Assembly (NCBI GenBank): GCA_947304355.1
Contig: CAMZAX010000001.1
Location: 78,950 to 142,949, forward strand
Length of the DNA stretch: 64,000 nucleotides
DNA from: an uncultured Selenomonadales bacterium
GTDB taxonomy: Bacteria; Bacillota; Negativicutes; Selenomonadales; Selenomonadaceae
Reading direction: 5' to 3'
Part shown: positions 8,164 through 18,704 of the stretch, piece after piece
How positions within the stretch are numbered: the first letter of the stretch is position 1
How the letters are laid out: each line of letters opens with the position of its first letter
Made by a program: the position numbers and the translations under genes
The notes under the pieces: model-generated
What the model saw: the letters and a program-made list of their open reading frames with translations, nothing else
Database searches by the model: none
What the model was told of the DNA's origin: nothing

Positions 8164-10014
8164 TCATTTCTTGGCGTCTGACCATTCGGCGTCGATTGTG
8201 CCGTCGTCGTCCTTTTTGTCGGAGCCTTGCTGTTGCGTGAAGTCGGTATTGGGTTCGCCTTGAGGATTCGCCGCGCCCGCCTTGTAAGCCGCCTCGCTGA
8301 GTTTGTAAAGGGCTTGACGGACTTCTTCGGTGAGTTTCTTGAGTTCGTCGGTGTCCGCGCTGTCGAGTTTGTCTTTGAGAGCCTGCGCGGCGGTGCGAAC
8401 GTCTTTAATCAGCGCGTCGTCAACTTTGCCTTCAAAATCCTTGCAAGTCTTTTCGGACTGGTAGACAACGTGTTCGGCGTCGTTCTTGGCGTCGGCAGCC
8501 TCGCGTTGTTTTTTGTCTTCGGCTTCGTGAGCGGCGGCTTCTTTAACCATGCGGTCGATGTCGTCTTTGCTCATGCCGCTTGACGATTGAATCGTGATTT
8601 TCTGTTCCTTGCCGGTGGATTTGTCTTTCGCGCTGACGTTGACGATACCGTTGCGGTCGATGTCGAAGGTGACTTCGATCTGCGGAATGCCGCGCGGCGC
8701 AGGCGGTATGTCGCTGAGCACAAAACGTCCGAGGGTTTTGTTGCCCGCCGCCATTTCGCGTTCGCCCTGCAGGACGTGAATTTCGACGCTGGTTTGACCG
8801 TCCGCCGCCGTCGAGAAGACTTGCGATTTTTGCGTCGGGATGGTGGTATTGCGTTCGATAATCTTGGTGCAGACGCCGCCGAGCGTTTCGATACCGAGAG
8901 ACAACGGCGTAACGTCGAGCAGAAGGATTTCGTTGCCCTTGCCGAATTCGCCGCTGAGCACGCCGCCTTGAATCGCCGCGCCGATTGAAACGCATTCGTC
9001 AGGGTTAATGCCCTTGGAAGGTTCCTTGCCGAGGATTTCGCGAATCGCATTTTGCACTGCGGGGATTCTGCTTGAGCCGCCAACCAAAATGATTTTGTCG
9101 ATGTCTTTGCCGGTCAAGCCCGCGTCCTTCATTGCGTTGCGAGTGGGTCCCATTGTGCGTTCAACGAGGTCGCGCGTGAGGTCGTCGAACTTTGCACGCG
9201 TCAACGTCAAGTCAAGGTGTTTCGGACCGCTTGCGTCGGCGGTGATGAACGGCAGATTGATATTCGTCGAAGTCATGGAGCTGAGTTCGATTTTCGCCTT
9301 TTCGGCGGCTTCGATAAGACGTTGCGCACTCATCTTGTCTTTGGAAAGGTCGATACCGTTGTCGCGCTTGAATTCGGAGACCATCCAGTCCATAACCTTT
9401 TTGTCGAAGTCGTCGCCGCCGAGGTGGGTGTCGCCGCTGGTCGCCTTGACTTCAAAGGTGTGTTCGTCGAGTTCAAGGATTGACACGTCGAACGTGCCGC
9501 CGCCGAGGTCGAATACCAAAATGGTTTCGTCGTTGTCCTTGTCGAGCCCGTAAGCGAGAGCCGCCGCCGTCGGTTCGTTGATTATGCGCAAAACTTCCAA
9601 GCCCGCGATGGTGCCGGCGTCTTTGGTTGCTTGACGTTGGCTGTCGTTGAAGTAAGCGGGAACGGTGATAACTGCCTGCGTGACGGTTTCGCCGAGGTAA
9701 GCCTCCGCGTCTGCTTTGAGCTTTTGCAAAACCATTGCGGAAATTTCGGGCGGCGTGTAGTTCTTGTCGTCGATTGAAACTTTGTAGTTTTCGCCCATGT
9801 GACGCTTGATTGAGGAAATCGTTCTGTCGGGGTTGCTGACGGCTTGACGCTTTGCCAACTGACCGACGAGGCGTTGACCGTCCTTGGTGAAACCGACAAC
9901 CGAGGGCGTGATTCTGCTGCCTTCGGGATTGGTGATAACCGTGGGTTCGCCGCCTTCGATTACGCTGACGACGCTGTTTGTTGTACCTAAATCTATGCCA
10001 ATGACTTTACTCAT
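8164..10014 (-). CDS. dnaK: Molecular chaperone DnaK (Hsp70)
   Basis: [18 protein letters not shown] and the full Hsp70 layout. Confidence 0.97.
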   Translation of the reverse strand: MSKVIGIDLGTTNSVVSVIEGGEPTVITNPEGSRITPSVVGFTKDGQRLVGQLAKRQAVSNPDRTISSIKRHMGENYKVSIDDKNYTPPEISAMVLQKLKADAEAYLGETVTQAVITVPAYFNDSQRQATKDAGTIAGLEVLRIINEPTAAALAYGLDKDNDETILVFDLGGGTFDVSILELDEHTFEVKATSGDTHLGGDDFDKKVMDWMVSEFKRDNGIDLSKDKMSAQRLIEAAEKAKIELSSMTSTNINLPFITADASGPKHLDLTLTRAKFDDLTRDLVERTMGPTRNAMKDAGLTGKDIDKIILVGGSSRIPAVQNAIREILGKEPSKGINPDECVSIGAAIQGGVLSGEFGKGNEILLLDVTPLSLGIETLGGVCTKIIERNTTIPTQKSQVFSTAADGQTSVEIHVLQGEREMAAGNKTLGRFVLSDIPPAPRGIPQIEVTFDIDRNGIVNVSAKDKSTGKEQKITIQSSSGMSKDDIDRMVKEAAAHEAEDKKQREAADAKNDAEHVVYQSEKTCKDFEGKVDDALIKDVRTAAQALKDKLDSADTDELKKLTEEVRQALYKLSEAAYKAGAANPQGEPNTDFTQQQGSDKKDDDGTIDAEWSDAKK

Positions 10015-10032
10015 GATGAAGTTCTCCTTCCG

Positions 10033-10608
10033 TTACGAATTGTTGACTACCTGTACCATACTGGGACGAATGACGCGCCCGCGAGCGATGTAGCCGCGTT
10101 GGAGTTCGGCGGCAATCGTGCCGTCGGGTTTGGATTCGTCTTTGACTGTGCCGACTGCTTGATGATAATTCGGGTCGAAGGGCTTGCCTTGCGTGTCAAT
10201 CGGCTCAAGACCGTGCTTGCCCATGACCGCAACGGTTTCCTGCCGAATCATCTCGATTCCCTTGCGCAATGTATCAACGTCGGCTTGTTCGGCATTTTCT
10301 GCCGCCTGCGTCGCGCGACTCAAGTTGTCAAGGAGCGGGAGCAAATCTTTCAGGAACGCCTGTTCGATTACGTCCGCCAGTTCCGATTTTTCGCGCGCCG
10401 TTCGCTTGCGGAAGTTGTCGAAGTCCGCTTGCAGTCTGATAATCCTGTCGTCCTTCGCGCCGAGTTCCGCTTTCAAATTTTCAAGTTCCGCCGCCGCGTC
10501 GACTTCGGGAGCCGTTTCGACTTCGGGCGCGGGCTGTTTCGATTGTAAATTTATTTCTGCGCTGTCGCCGTCCTCGTTGTCGATAATTACTTTTTTTTCG
10601 TCTGCCAA
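10033..10608 (-). CDS. grpE: Nucleotide exchange factor GrpE
   Basis: Coiled-coil N-terminus and C-terminal GYxxxGRVIRPSMV. TTG at 10608 has GAGG 8 nt upstream; the ORF-track start at 10647 lies inside the predicted promoter. Confidence 0.85.
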   Translation of the reverse strand: MADEKKVIIDNEDGDSAEINLQSKQPAPEVETAPEVDAAAELENLKAELGAKDDRIIRLQADFDNFRKRTAREKSELADVIEQAFLKDLLPLLDNLSRATQAAENAEQADVDTLRKGIEMIRQETVAVMGKHGLEPIDTQGKPFDPNYHQAVGTVKDESKPDGTIAAELQRGYIARGRVIRPSMVQVVNNS

Positions 10609-10634
10609 GTCGTTCACCTCTCTTTTGCGTGCAA

Positions 10635-10663
10635 ACCTTAACACCAATTAGACAAAATGTCAA
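10635..10663 (-). promoter_or_regulatory. Sigma-70-like promoter for grpE-dnaK-dnaJ
   Basis: On the minus strand: TTGACA (10658..10663), 17-nt spacer, TAAGGT (10635..10640). Confidence 0.45.
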
Positions 10664-10680
10664 GCATTTTTTCTGCCGGC

Positions 10681-10712
10681 AAACAAAAAACCCCTCGACG
10701 CGCGCCGAAGGG
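10681..10712 (-). terminator. Rho-independent terminator after rfbD
   Basis: Minus-strand CCCTTCG / CGAGGGG stem (7 bp including one G-U) followed by TTTTTTGTTT. Confidence 0.6.
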
Positions 10713-10728
10713 CAAAATCGCAAGCAGA

Positions 10729-11571
10729 TTATTTTTTCAGTTCGACAAGGTAACGCGCAAGGGCGTCCTGCCAAGTGGGCAAGCGTTCAAAGCCCGCCTC
10801 GTCGAGTGACTTTTTGCTGAGCCGCGAATTGAACGGACGCCGCGCAGGCGTAGGATATTCAACGGTCGGGATGCCGTCGACTTCGACTTTTAAGCCGGCT
10901 TGCTTGAAAATTTCCCGCGTGAATTCCGCCCACGAGCAAAAGCCCTCGTTGGTCGCGTGATAGGTGCCGTACTTTTCGGTCGCCATCATGTCCGCCAAAA
11001 GTTTCGCCAAATCGACGGTGTAAGTCGGGCTGCCGATTTGATCGTTGACTACGTTGACTTTATCTTTTGTCTGACCGAGCTTTAGCATCGTCTTGATAAA
11101 GTTGTGCCCGTTGATACCGAAGACCCAACTGGTGCGAACGATAAAATGTTTGTCGACGATGGCGTTTACGGCGTCTTCGCCGAGCAATTTGCTGCGCCCG
11201 TAGACGTTGACGGGCTTCTTTTCGTCGTTGACTTCGTAAGGGATTTTTCCGTCGCCGCCGAAGACGTAATCGGTGCTTATGTAAATCATTTTCGCGCCGA
11301 CTTCGCGGGCGGCTTCGGCAACCCAACGCGTGCCCATGCCGTTGATTGTGATAGCGAGTTCAGCTTCCGATTCGGCTTTGTCGACGGCGGTGTATGCCGC
11401 GCAGTGAGCGATTATGTCGGGCTTCTTTTCGAGGATGAAATTTTTTGAGCCGGCTTCGGTCGTGAGTTCGAGTTCTTCAAGCGACGGGGCAACGTATTCC
11501 ACGCCGCGCTTCGTGAGTTCCTTAGCCAGGTCGAAACCGAGCTGTCCGAGAATGCCTGTGATTAAAACCAT
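10729..11571 (-). CDS. rfbD: dTDP-4-dehydrorhamnose reductase
   Basis: MVLITGILGQLG Rossmann start, STDYVF and YGRSKLLGE motifs. ATG at 11571 has GGAGG 8 nt upstream. Confidence 0.85.
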   Translation of the reverse strand: MVLITGILGQLGFDLAKELTKRGVEYVAPSLEELELTTEAGSKNFILEKKPDIIAHCAAYTAVDKAESEAELAITINGMGTRWVAEAAREVGAKMIYISTDYVFGGDGKIPYEVNDEKKPVNVYGRSKLLGEDAVNAIVDKHFIVRTSWVFGINGHNFIKTMLKLGQTKDKVNVVNDQIGSPTYTVDLAKLLADMMATEKYGTYHATNEGFCSWAEFTREIFKQAGLKVEVDGIPTVEYPTPARRPFNSRLSKKSLDEAGFERLPTWQDALARYLVELKK

Positions 11572-11604
11572 GTTTAATGCCTCCAATGAAATTATTATGT
11601 CGAT

Positions 11605-14067
11605 TTATTTCACGACGATGTTAATCAGTTTGTTCGGGACGGCGATAATCTTGACGATTTGCTTGCCCGCCGTCAACGCTTGCACTTTCGGCAACGTCGG
11701 TGCCAACGCCTCAAGGTCAGCTTTGCCCAAGTCGACAGCAACGTTGATTCGGTCGCGGACTTTGCCGTTAATCTGAACGACGATTTCAACTTCGTCCTCA
11801 ACGACAGCCGCCGCGTCAAAGGTCGGCCAGCTTTGCTTGTGAACGTCGCCGTCGAAAAATTGACTCCACAGCTCCGCCGAAATGTGCGGCACGAACGGCG
11901 CGAGCATCAACAGCAAGTCGCGGGCGAGTTCGCGGGCGAGCGTCGGATTAATCGGCTTGTCTTGGAAGGCGTGCATTGCGTTGACGAGCTCCATGAGTGC
12001 GCTTATCGCCGTGTTGAAGGCAAAGCGGTCGCGGACATCCTCCGTGACTTTTTTAATCGTCTTGTGCAACGTGCGGCGCAACGAAATTTCTTCAGCCGTC
12101 AATGCCTGCGCGGCGTCGGGAGATTTGATAGCGTCTGCGAAAATGTTCAGGATACGCCAAACGCGATTCAAAAAGCGGAACGAGCCTTGAACGCCTTCGT
12201 CGCTCCAATCAAGGTCGCGTTCGACGGGCGCGGCGAACAGGATAAACAAACGCGCCGTGTCCGCGCCGTACTTGCCGATAATCTCTTCGGGGCTGACGAC
12301 GTTGCCGAGAGACTTGGACATCTTCGCGCCGTCCTTGATAACCATGCCCTGCGTCAACAGATTGGCAAACGGTTCGTCGTAGTCAAGCATTCCCGCGTCG
12401 CGCAAAACTTTCGTGAAGAAACGCGAATACAGCAGATGAAGTATCGCGTGCTCAATGCCGCCGATGTATTGGTCGACGGGGCTCCAGTAGTTCACTTTTT
12501 CGCGGGCGAAGGGCAGCTCCGTGTTCTTCGGGTCGGTGTAGCGCATGTAATACCAGCTCGAACAAATGAACGTGTCCATCGTGTCGGTCTCGCGGTGAGC
12601 GTGTCCGCCGCATTGCGGGCAGGTGCATTCGACGAAGTGTTTGCTTGTCGACAACGGACTCAACGCGCCCTGCTTGAATTCAACGTCGTCGGGCAGGTGA
12701 ACGGGCAAATCTTTTTCGGGCACGAGAACTTCGCCACACTTGTCGCAATAGATGACGGGAATCGGCGCGCCCCAATAGCGTTGACGACTTATCAGCCAAT
12801 CGCGCAGACGATAGTTGACTTTGCGCTTGCCGAAGCCTTGAGCCTCTGCCTCGTCCATAATCGCCTTAAAGCCCGCGTCGAAATCCATGCCCGTGAACTT
12901 GCCGGAATTAACCAAAACGCCGGCGTGTTCTGTGTAAGCCGCGTCCATTTCGTCGAGCTTGAGCTCCGTGCCCTTGGGTTGCAACGTCAAGATGATGTCG
13001 AGCCCGTATTTTTTCGCGAACATCCAATCGCGTTGGTCGCCCGAAGGCACGCCCATGACCGCGCCCGTGCCGTATTCAAACACGACGTAATTTGTAATCC
13101 AAATCTGAACTTTGTTGCCGTTGAAGGGATTGACGCAGTAAAAGCCCGTGAAGATGCCTTCCTTTTCGGATTCGCTTGACGTGCGTTCAATGTCGCTGTG
13201 CGCGCGGGCTTTGTCGACAAATTTTTTCAACTCGTCGGCTTTCGGGCTGAGCGCAAGAATTTTTTCAACAAGCGGGTGTTCGGGTGCGAGTGCAAGGAAC
13301 GTTATGCCGAACGACGTATCGGGTCGCGTGGTGTAGACGGAAATTTTTTCGCCGAGTTCGGGCGCGTCCAAAGTAATTTCCAAACCTTCCGAACGTCCGA
13401 TCCAATTTTCCTGCATGGTCTTGACGCGCGTCGGCCAGCCCGTGAGCTTATCGAGGTCGGCAAGCAATTCGTCGGCGTAGGCGGTGATTTTGAAGAACCA
13501 TTGCGCCAAATTTTTCTTGTGGACTTCGGAATCGCAACGCCAGCACTTGCCGTCTATAACCTGTTCGTTGGCGAGAACGGTGCCGCATTTGTCGCACCAG
13601 TTGACGGCGGCTTCTTTCTTGTAAGCGAGCCCGCGCTTGTAAAACAATTCAAACAGCCACTGCGTCCAACGATAATAATCTGCGCGGCAGGTTTCGACTT
13701 CGCGGCTCCAATCGTAAGCGAGCCCCATTGCCTTTTGCTGAGCTGTCATGTTGCGGATGTTGGCGAACGTCCAGTTGCCGGGCTTGACGCCGTGAGCAAT
13801 GGCGGCGTTTTCCGCAGGCATACCGAAGGCGTCGAATCCCATAGGGTGCAGGACGTTGTAGCCAGCCATTGAGCGATAGCGCGCAACCACGTCGCCGATT
13901 GAGTAGTTGCGAACGTGACCCATATGCAAGTTGCCCGAAGGATACGGGAACATTTCCAGCGCGTAATATTTCGGGCGCGAGCTGTCTTCGGTCGTGCGAT
14001 AATAGTCGGGCGCGTTCCAAACCGCTTGCCATTTCTTTTCGATTGCTTGAGGATTGTATTTCTCCAT
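11605..14067 (-). CDS. leuS: Leucine--tRNA ligase
   Basis: 820 aa with HMGH (HIGH) and KMSKS motifs and a CP1 editing domain. Confidence 0.97.
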   Translation of the reverse strand: MEKYNPQAIEKKWQAVWNAPDYYRTTEDSSRPKYYALEMFPYPSGNLHMGHVRNYSIGDVVARYRSMAGYNVLHPMGFDAFGMPAENAAIAHGVKPGNWTFANIRNMTAQQKAMGLAYDWSREVETCRADYYRWTQWLFELFYKRGLAYKKEAAVNWCDKCGTVLANEQVIDGKCWRCDSEVHKKNLAQWFFKITAYADELLADLDKLTGWPTRVKTMQENWIGRSEGLEITLDAPELGEKISVYTTRPDTSFGITFLALAPEHPLVEKILALSPKADELKKFVDKARAHSDIERTSSESEKEGIFTGFYCVNPFNGNKVQIWITNYVVFEYGTGAVMGVPSGDQRDWMFAKKYGLDIILTLQPKGTELKLDEMDAAYTEHAGVLVNSGKFTGMDFDAGFKAIMDEAEAQGFGKRKVNYRLRDWLISRQRYWGAPIPVIYCDKCGEVLVPEKDLPVHLPDDVEFKQGALSPLSTSKHFVECTCPQCGGHAHRETDTMDTFICSSWYYMRYTDPKNTELPFAREKVNYWSPVDQYIGGIEHAILHLLYSRFFTKVLRDAGMLDYDEPFANLLTQGMVIKDGAKMSKSLGNVVSPEEIIGKYGADTARLFILFAAPVERDLDWSDEGVQGSFRFLNRVWRILNIFADAIKSPDAAQALTAEEISLRRTLHKTIKKVTEDVRDRFAFNTAISALMELVNAMHAFQDKPINPTLARELARDLLLMLAPFVPHISAELWSQFFDGDVHKQSWPTFDAAAVVEDEVEIVVQINGKVRDRINVAVDLGKADLEALAPTLPKVQALTAGKQIVKIIAVPNKLINIVVK

Positions 14068-14078
14068 TGATTAGCCTC

Positions 14079-14318
14079 CTACTTGATGAAATTCAGATAA
14101 ATTGCGAGCAGAATCAGCCCCGGCACTCCGAACACGCCGACAATCAGCGCGTGAATAAAAGTTATCTTAATCGTGATTAGCCCCGTCAAGTTCACGAGCC
14201 AAAGAATCGCTCCGCCGATTATGCTGTTCCAAATGATTTTGAACGGCAACTGAATCAAAAAAATCAGCGCGGCGATAACCAACACGCCCGCCACCAATCC
14301 GACGGCAGTTTCTATCAT
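14079..14318 (-). CDS. bofA: BofA-family small membrane protein
   Basis: Two TM helices; NSIIGGAILWLVN...GVFGVPGLILL resembles PF07441. ATG at 14318 with AAGGAGG upstream. Confidence 0.6.
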   Translation of the reverse strand: MIETAVGLVAGVLVIAALIFLIQLPFKIIWNSIIGGAILWLVNLTGLITIKITFIHALIVGVFGVPGLILLAIYLNFIK

Positions 14319-14332
14319 GGTTGAAGCCTCCT

Positions 14333-14360
14333 TTGCCTTGTTGATTCGACGTGTTATAAT
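14333..14360 (+). promoter_or_regulatory. Sigma-70-like promoter
   Basis: TTGCCT, 16-nt spacer, TATAAT (14355..14360), with GTG-T just upstream of the -10. Confidence 0.5.
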
Positions 14361-14388
14361 AAAAAAAATTTTTGGAGGTGTCAATTCA

Positions 14389-15783
14389 ATGAGCATATTA
14401 GGCGCGGCAGCAGTCCCGCATCCGCCGATAATCTTACCCGAAATCGGGCGCGGCGAAGAATCGAAAATCTCGGCGACGACGGCGGCTTACGAGGAAGTGG
14501 CGCGGCGTATCGTCGCACTCGACCCCGAAACGATTGTCATAACCAGCCCGCATTCGATAATGTACGCCGATTACATTCACATATCGCCGGGCGAGGGCGC
14601 GGCGGGTACAATGGCACAATTCCGCGCGCCGCAAGTCGCCATTGCCGTCAACTACGACGTTGAATTCGTGCAAAAGCTTACGTCGTCCGCAATGGCGGAA
14701 GGCGTGGCGGCGGGCACACTCGGCGAACGCAATCCGTCACTCGACCACGGCACGATGATTCCGTTGCGGTTCCTGCAGAAGGCGGGGCTTGACTTTGACC
14801 GCGTGAAATTCATGCGTATCGGACTAAGCGGGCTTTCCGCCGCCGACCATTACAAGTTCGGGCAGATTATCGCGCACGTCTCCGACGAAATCGGGCGCAA
14901 AGTTTTTTTCATTGCAAGCGGCGATTTGGCGCACAAGCTCAAAGCCGACGGTCCTTACGGTTTCGTCAAAGAGGCTCCGATTTTCGACGAACAGGTTATG
15001 AACAATCTCGGAGGCGCGGACTTTTTCAGCCTGTTGACTATGGACGAAAAAATTTGTTCGCGCGCGGCGGAATGCGGCTTGCGTTCGTTCTGGATTATGG
15101 CGGGCGCGTTGGACAAGCTTGCCGTCGACGCTGAAAGGTTGTCTTACGAGGGCACGTTCGGCGTGGGCTACGGCATTGTTTATTTCAACGTCGGCGCGGA
15201 AGACGATTCGCGCAACTTCGGCACGCAACTTGCCCGATACAAACTCGACGAGGCCGCCAAGCGCAAGGCTAACGAAGATGCTTTCGTTAAGTTGGCGCGC
15301 TACAGCCTGGAGACGTTCGTTAAGACGCACAAGCCCGCCGTGTTGCCCGACCATTTGCCCGACGAACTGATGAATCGTCGTGCGGGCGCGTTCGTGAGCC
15401 TGCACAAGGACGGCAATCTGCGCGGGTGTATCGGCACGATTATGGCGACGCAGGACAACTTGGCGGAAGAAATTATTCAGAACGCGATTTCGGCTTGTTC
15501 GCGCGACCCGCGCTTCGACCCCGTGAAACTTGAGGAACTTGACGACATTGAATACAGCGTTGACGTTTTGGGCGAACCCGAACGCGTGTTCACGTTGCAA
15601 GATTTGGATGCGCGTCGCTACGGCGTGATTCTCGAAAACGACGGACGGCGCGGCTTGCTGTTGCCCGACCTTGAAGGCGTCGACACGCCCGAAGAACAGA
15701 TTGCCATTGCCAAGCGCAAGGCGGGCATTCGTCCCGAAGAAAAAGTTGCGCTGTTCCGCTTTGAAGTCGTCCGCCACCACTGA
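14389..15783 (+). CDS. Fusion of a class III extradiol dioxygenase-like (LigB/Memo-like) domain and an AMMECR1 domain (AmmeMemoRadiSam protein A-like)
   Basis: N-terminal AAVPHPPIILPE...DHGTMIPL; C-terminal GAFVSLHKDGNLRGCIGT. GGAGGTG RBS before ATG 14389. Confidence 0.75.
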   Translation: MSILGAAAVPHPPIILPEIGRGEESKISATTAAYEEVARRIVALDPETIVITSPHSIMYADYIHISPGEGAAGTMAQFRAPQVAIAVNYDVEFVQKLTSSAMAEGVAAGTLGERNPSLDHGTMIPLRFLQKAGLDFDRVKFMRIGLSGLSAADHYKFGQIIAHVSDEIGRKVFFIASGDLAHKLKADGPYGFVKEAPIFDEQVMNNLGGADFFSLLTMDEKICSRAAECGLRSFWIMAGALDKLAVDAERLSYEGTFGVGYGIVYFNVGAEDDSRNFGTQLARYKLDEAAKRKANEDAFVKLARYSLETFVKTHKPAVLPDHLPDELMNRRAGAFVSLHKDGNLRGCIGTIMATQDNLAEEIIQNAISACSRDPRFDPVKLEELDDIEYSVDVLGEPERVFTLQDLDARRYGVILENDGRRGLLLPDLEGVDTPEEQIAIAKRKAGIRPEEKVALFRFEVVRHH

Positions 15784-15794
15784 GGAGGCGCGTC

Positions 15795-16016
15795 ATGAAA
15801 AAATTTCTCGCGGCGATTGTTGCGCTCGTTGTGCTTACCGCGTCCGTCACTGCGGTATTGGCGTCAAGCTACGTCGGCAACAGCACCAGCCGGAAATTTC
15901 ACTACGCCGATTGCGCGTCCGCACGCAAGATGAATCAAAAGAATCGCGTTTACTTCAACAGCCGCGACGAGGCCGTTAAAGCCGGTTACGTCGCCTGCAA
16001 AAAGTGTAAACCCTAA
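15795..16016 (+). CDS. Small exported protein with an Ada-like metal-binding motif
   Basis: Signal peptide, then KFHYADCASARKM...AGYVACKKC. Confidence 0.6.
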   Translation: MKKFLAAIVALVVLTASVTAVLASSYVGNSTSRKFHYADCASARKMNQKNRVYFNSRDEAVKAGYVACKKCKP

Positions 16017-16028
16017 GGAGGTTTTGAC

Positions 16029-16919
16029 TTGCGAATCATATTCATGGGCACGCCCGATTTCGCGTTGCCCGCGCTCGACGCCGTAAAGTCCGACGTCGTC
16101 GCCGTCGTCACTCAGCCCGACAGACCCAAGGGGCGCGGTCACAAACTTCAGCCGCCGCCCGTCAAAGTCTTCGCACTCGAAAACGATCTGCCCGTCCTTC
16201 AGCCCGTCAAAGTTCGCGCGCCCGAAGTCATCGCGCAAATCGCCGACTTCAAGCCCGATTTGATTGTCGTTGTCGCCTTCGGACAGATTTTGCCGCAAGC
16301 TCTGCTTGACGTGCCGCGCCACGGTTGCATCAACGTGCACGCGTCGCTGTTGCCAAGGTATCGCGGAGCCGCGCCGATTGAGTGGAGTATCATTCGCGGC
16401 GAAACGGTCACGGGCGTCACGACAATGTTAATGAATGCCGGGCTCGATACGGGCGACATGCTCCTAAAGCGCGAAGTGCCGATTGGCGACGAAATGATCT
16501 TGCCCGAATTGCGCGAACAACTCATGACGGCGGGTGCGGAGCTGTTGACGGAAACGCTCGACAAGCTCGACACGATTCAACCCGTCAAGCAGGACGATTC
16601 GCTTTCAACATACGCGCCGCTGCTCAAAAAAAATACGGGGCTTATCGATTGGCTGCGACCTGCGCGGGAAATTCATAACCTCGTTCGCGGACTGTACGGC
16701 TCGGCACGGGCGGGCAACTTCAAGATTTGGCGGACGCGACTCGCTGACGTCGATCTTGCGCCCGCGCAGATTAAAATCGTCAACCAAAAACTTTTCGTCG
16801 GGACGGGCGACGGCTCGCTTGAAGTTTTGGAGATTCAAGCTCCGAATTCCAGGCGGCTCAATGCAGGCGACTTCCTGCGCGGCTACAAGGGCGGTGACGA
16901 CCTTTGGACGAACGCATAA
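16029..16919 (+). CDS. fmt: Methionyl-tRNA formyltransferase
   Basis: [25 protein letters not shown]; TTG start with AAGGAGG. Confidence 0.92.
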   Translation: MRIIFMGTPDFALPALDAVKSDVVAVVTQPDRPKGRGHKLQPPPVKVFALENDLPVLQPVKVRAPEVIAQIADFKPDLIVVVAFGQILPQALLDVPRHGCINVHASLLPRYRGAAPIEWSIIRGETVTGVTTMLMNAGLDTGDMLLKREVPIGDEMILPELREQLMTAGAELLTETLDKLDTIQPVKQDDSLSTYAPLLKKNTGLIDWLRPAREIHNLVRGLYGSARAGNFKIWRTRLADVDLAPAQIKIVNQKLFVGTGDGSLEVLEIQAPNSRRLNAGDFLRGYKGGDDLWTNA

Positions 16920-17941
16920 TCACAACGGGTGTCAAGACGGAAGACGATTGGCAGTATTCGTTGCGCCCGCGCAGATTGGCGGAATACATCGGGCAGGACA
17001 AGGCAAAGGCTAATCTGGCTGTCTTCGTCAAGGCGGCAGTCACGCGCCGCGAAGCTCTCGACCACGTTTTGCTTTACGGCCCGCCGGGGCTCGGCAAGAC
17101 AACGCTCGCCGCGATTATTTCAAACGAACTCGGCGTTAACTTCCGTCAAACGTCCGGACCTGCAATCGAACGCGCGGGCGACCTCGCCGCAATCTTGACC
17201 AACCTGCAGGAACGCGACGTGCTGTTTATCGACGAGATTCACCGCCTCAGCCGCCAAGTCGAAGAGATTTTGTATTCGGCAATGGAAGACTTCGCGCTCG
17301 ACATCATCATCGGCAAAGGCCCGCGCGCGCGAAGCATTCGCGTTGACGTTTCGCCGTTCACGCTGATTGGCGCGACTACCAAGGCGGGCTCGCTCTCGCC
17401 GCCGCTTAGAGACAGATTCGGCGTCATAAGTCGTCTCGATTATTATTCAACGGATGCGCTCGTCGAAATCATCACGCGTGCCGCGCAGATTTTGCAGATA
17501 CCGATTGAGGCGGGCGGCGCGGAAGAAATTGCCCGACGTTCACGCGGAACACCGCGAATCGCCAATCGTCTGTTGAAACGCGTCCGCGACTTCGCGCAGG
17601 TTGAAGGCTCCGCCACGATAACCGACGACATTGCCGACCGCGCTTTACTTGCGTTGGAAGTTGACCGCGCAGGGCTCGACCACACCGACCGCCGTTTGCT
17701 CGACGCCATGATAAAAAAATTCGGCGGGCGTCCCGTGGGATTGGACACGCTCGCCGCCGCGATAAGTGAAACGCGCGAAACAATTGAAGACATTTACGAA
17801 CCGTATCTTTTGCAACTCGGATTCATCATGCGCACGCCGCGCGGTCGCGTCGCCACAGAGGCTGCTTATCGGCATTTGGGCTTGCCCTTCCCGAAGACCG
17901 CCGCCGACGACACGCCGACGCTGTTCGACTTTGAAGACTGA
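16904..17941 (+). CDS. ruvB: Holliday junction helicase RuvB
   Basis: [31 protein letters not shown]. Confidence 0.95.
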   Translation: MDERIITTGVKTEDDWQYSLRPRRLAEYIGQDKAKANLAVFVKAAVTRREALDHVLLYGPPGLGKTTLAAIISNELGVNFRQTSGPAIERAGDLAAILTNLQERDVLFIDEIHRLSRQVEEILYSAMEDFALDIIIGKGPRARSIRVDVSPFTLIGATTKAGSLSPPLRDRFGVISRLDYYSTDALVEIITRAAQILQIPIEAGGAEEIARRSRGTPRIANRLLKRVRDFAQVEGSATITDDIADRALLALEVDRAGLDHTDRRLLDAMIKKFGGRPVGLDTLAAAISETRETIEDIYEPYLLQLGFIMRTPRGRVATEAAYRHLGLPFPKTAADDTPTLFDFED

Positions 17942-17971
17942 ATCACAGCCCGCCGATTGCGCGGGTTTTTT

Positions 17972-18598
17972 TTATGCGTCGAAGTCAACGTCGATAATGC
18001 CAACGGCGTAGGGCGCAACCTCGTACTGTTGGAAGATAAAATGCACGTGAAGATTTTCGTCCCAATAAAAATCGTTCGGCAACTCTTTCAGCGGCAAGGC
18101 GTCGTCGAACAGGAAAAGATTTTCGCGCTCGGCTTTGGCTTTGAGTTTTTGCGTAAGCCCGGCGCAAAGTTCGCTGACGGGCACGCCCGCGCCCACGTCC
18201 GTCAAATAGCTGACGTCCATGAGTTCGCCGCTCGACGTGTTGAAATTCAGCGTGCGCCGATAAGTCGACGGGTGCGCCGCCATTTTGTAATAGACGCTCT
18301 CGGTCATGATAACGCTCAAGATAACGGTGTTGCCCGCCTCGTTGCTGCCGATGTCAAAGCTCGTGTAAAGTCCGCCGACTTCAAGATTGTTCACCTGCGC
18401 GTTGCGATAAACGCCCGTGACGAAACGGTCAACCTCCGCGATAATCGCCGTGTTGATTTTGCGTTCGACAGTCGCGTCGCCGACGTGCACCACGGGATAA
18501 ATCAAATCGTTGTTGCCGTTGAAGTGCGCGGGCTCAATCGTCGCCGCCGAACACGTCGCGCTTATCAACATCAGCAACGCCACAAAAAATTTTTTCAT
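17972..18598 (-). CDS. Exported DUF3298/DUF4163-like (RsiV-like) protein
   Basis: MKKFFVALLMLISATCSA signal peptide. The domain call is from overall resemblance only. Confidence 0.5.
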   Translation of the reverse strand: MKKFFVALLMLISATCSAATIEPAHFNGNNDLIYPVVHVGDATVERKINTAIIAEVDRFVTGVYRNAQVNNLEVGGLYTSFDIGSNEAGNTVILSVIMTESVYYKMAAHPSTYRRTLNFNTSSGELMDVSYLTDVGAGVPVSELCAGLTQKLKAKAERENLFLFDDALPLKELPNDFYWDENLHVHFIFQQYEVAPYAVGIIDVDFDA

Positions 18599-18704
18599 AT
18601 CAATCGCCTCCGTGAACATTACTTGCTTATAAAAATAATTCGTGCTATATTAAATCGCCTGCCGCGCGGCGGGTCAAGTTTTTTGTTGTAAGGAGCTGTT
18701 TTAG

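Noticed and set aside
11659-13179. Long antisense ORFs opposite real genes (for example 11659..13179, 5021..5986, 23340..24680, 29850..31010, 43232..44242, 46263..47327, 48297..49352, 35635..36180)
   Set aside because: These are Arg/Val/Ala-rich shadow ORFs typical of GC-rich coding DNA. They have no motifs or RBS, and the opposite strand carries unambiguous conserved proteins.
14068-14078. T-box leader upstream of leuS
   Set aside because: Only 11 nt separate the bofA stop from the leuS ATG, so there is no room for a T-box. leuS appears co-transcribed with bofA.
17957-18691. 244-aa plus-strand ORF overlapping the DUF3298-like gene
   Set aside because: It has an Arg-rich shadow composition. 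The minus-strand ORF has a clean signal peptide and RBS.
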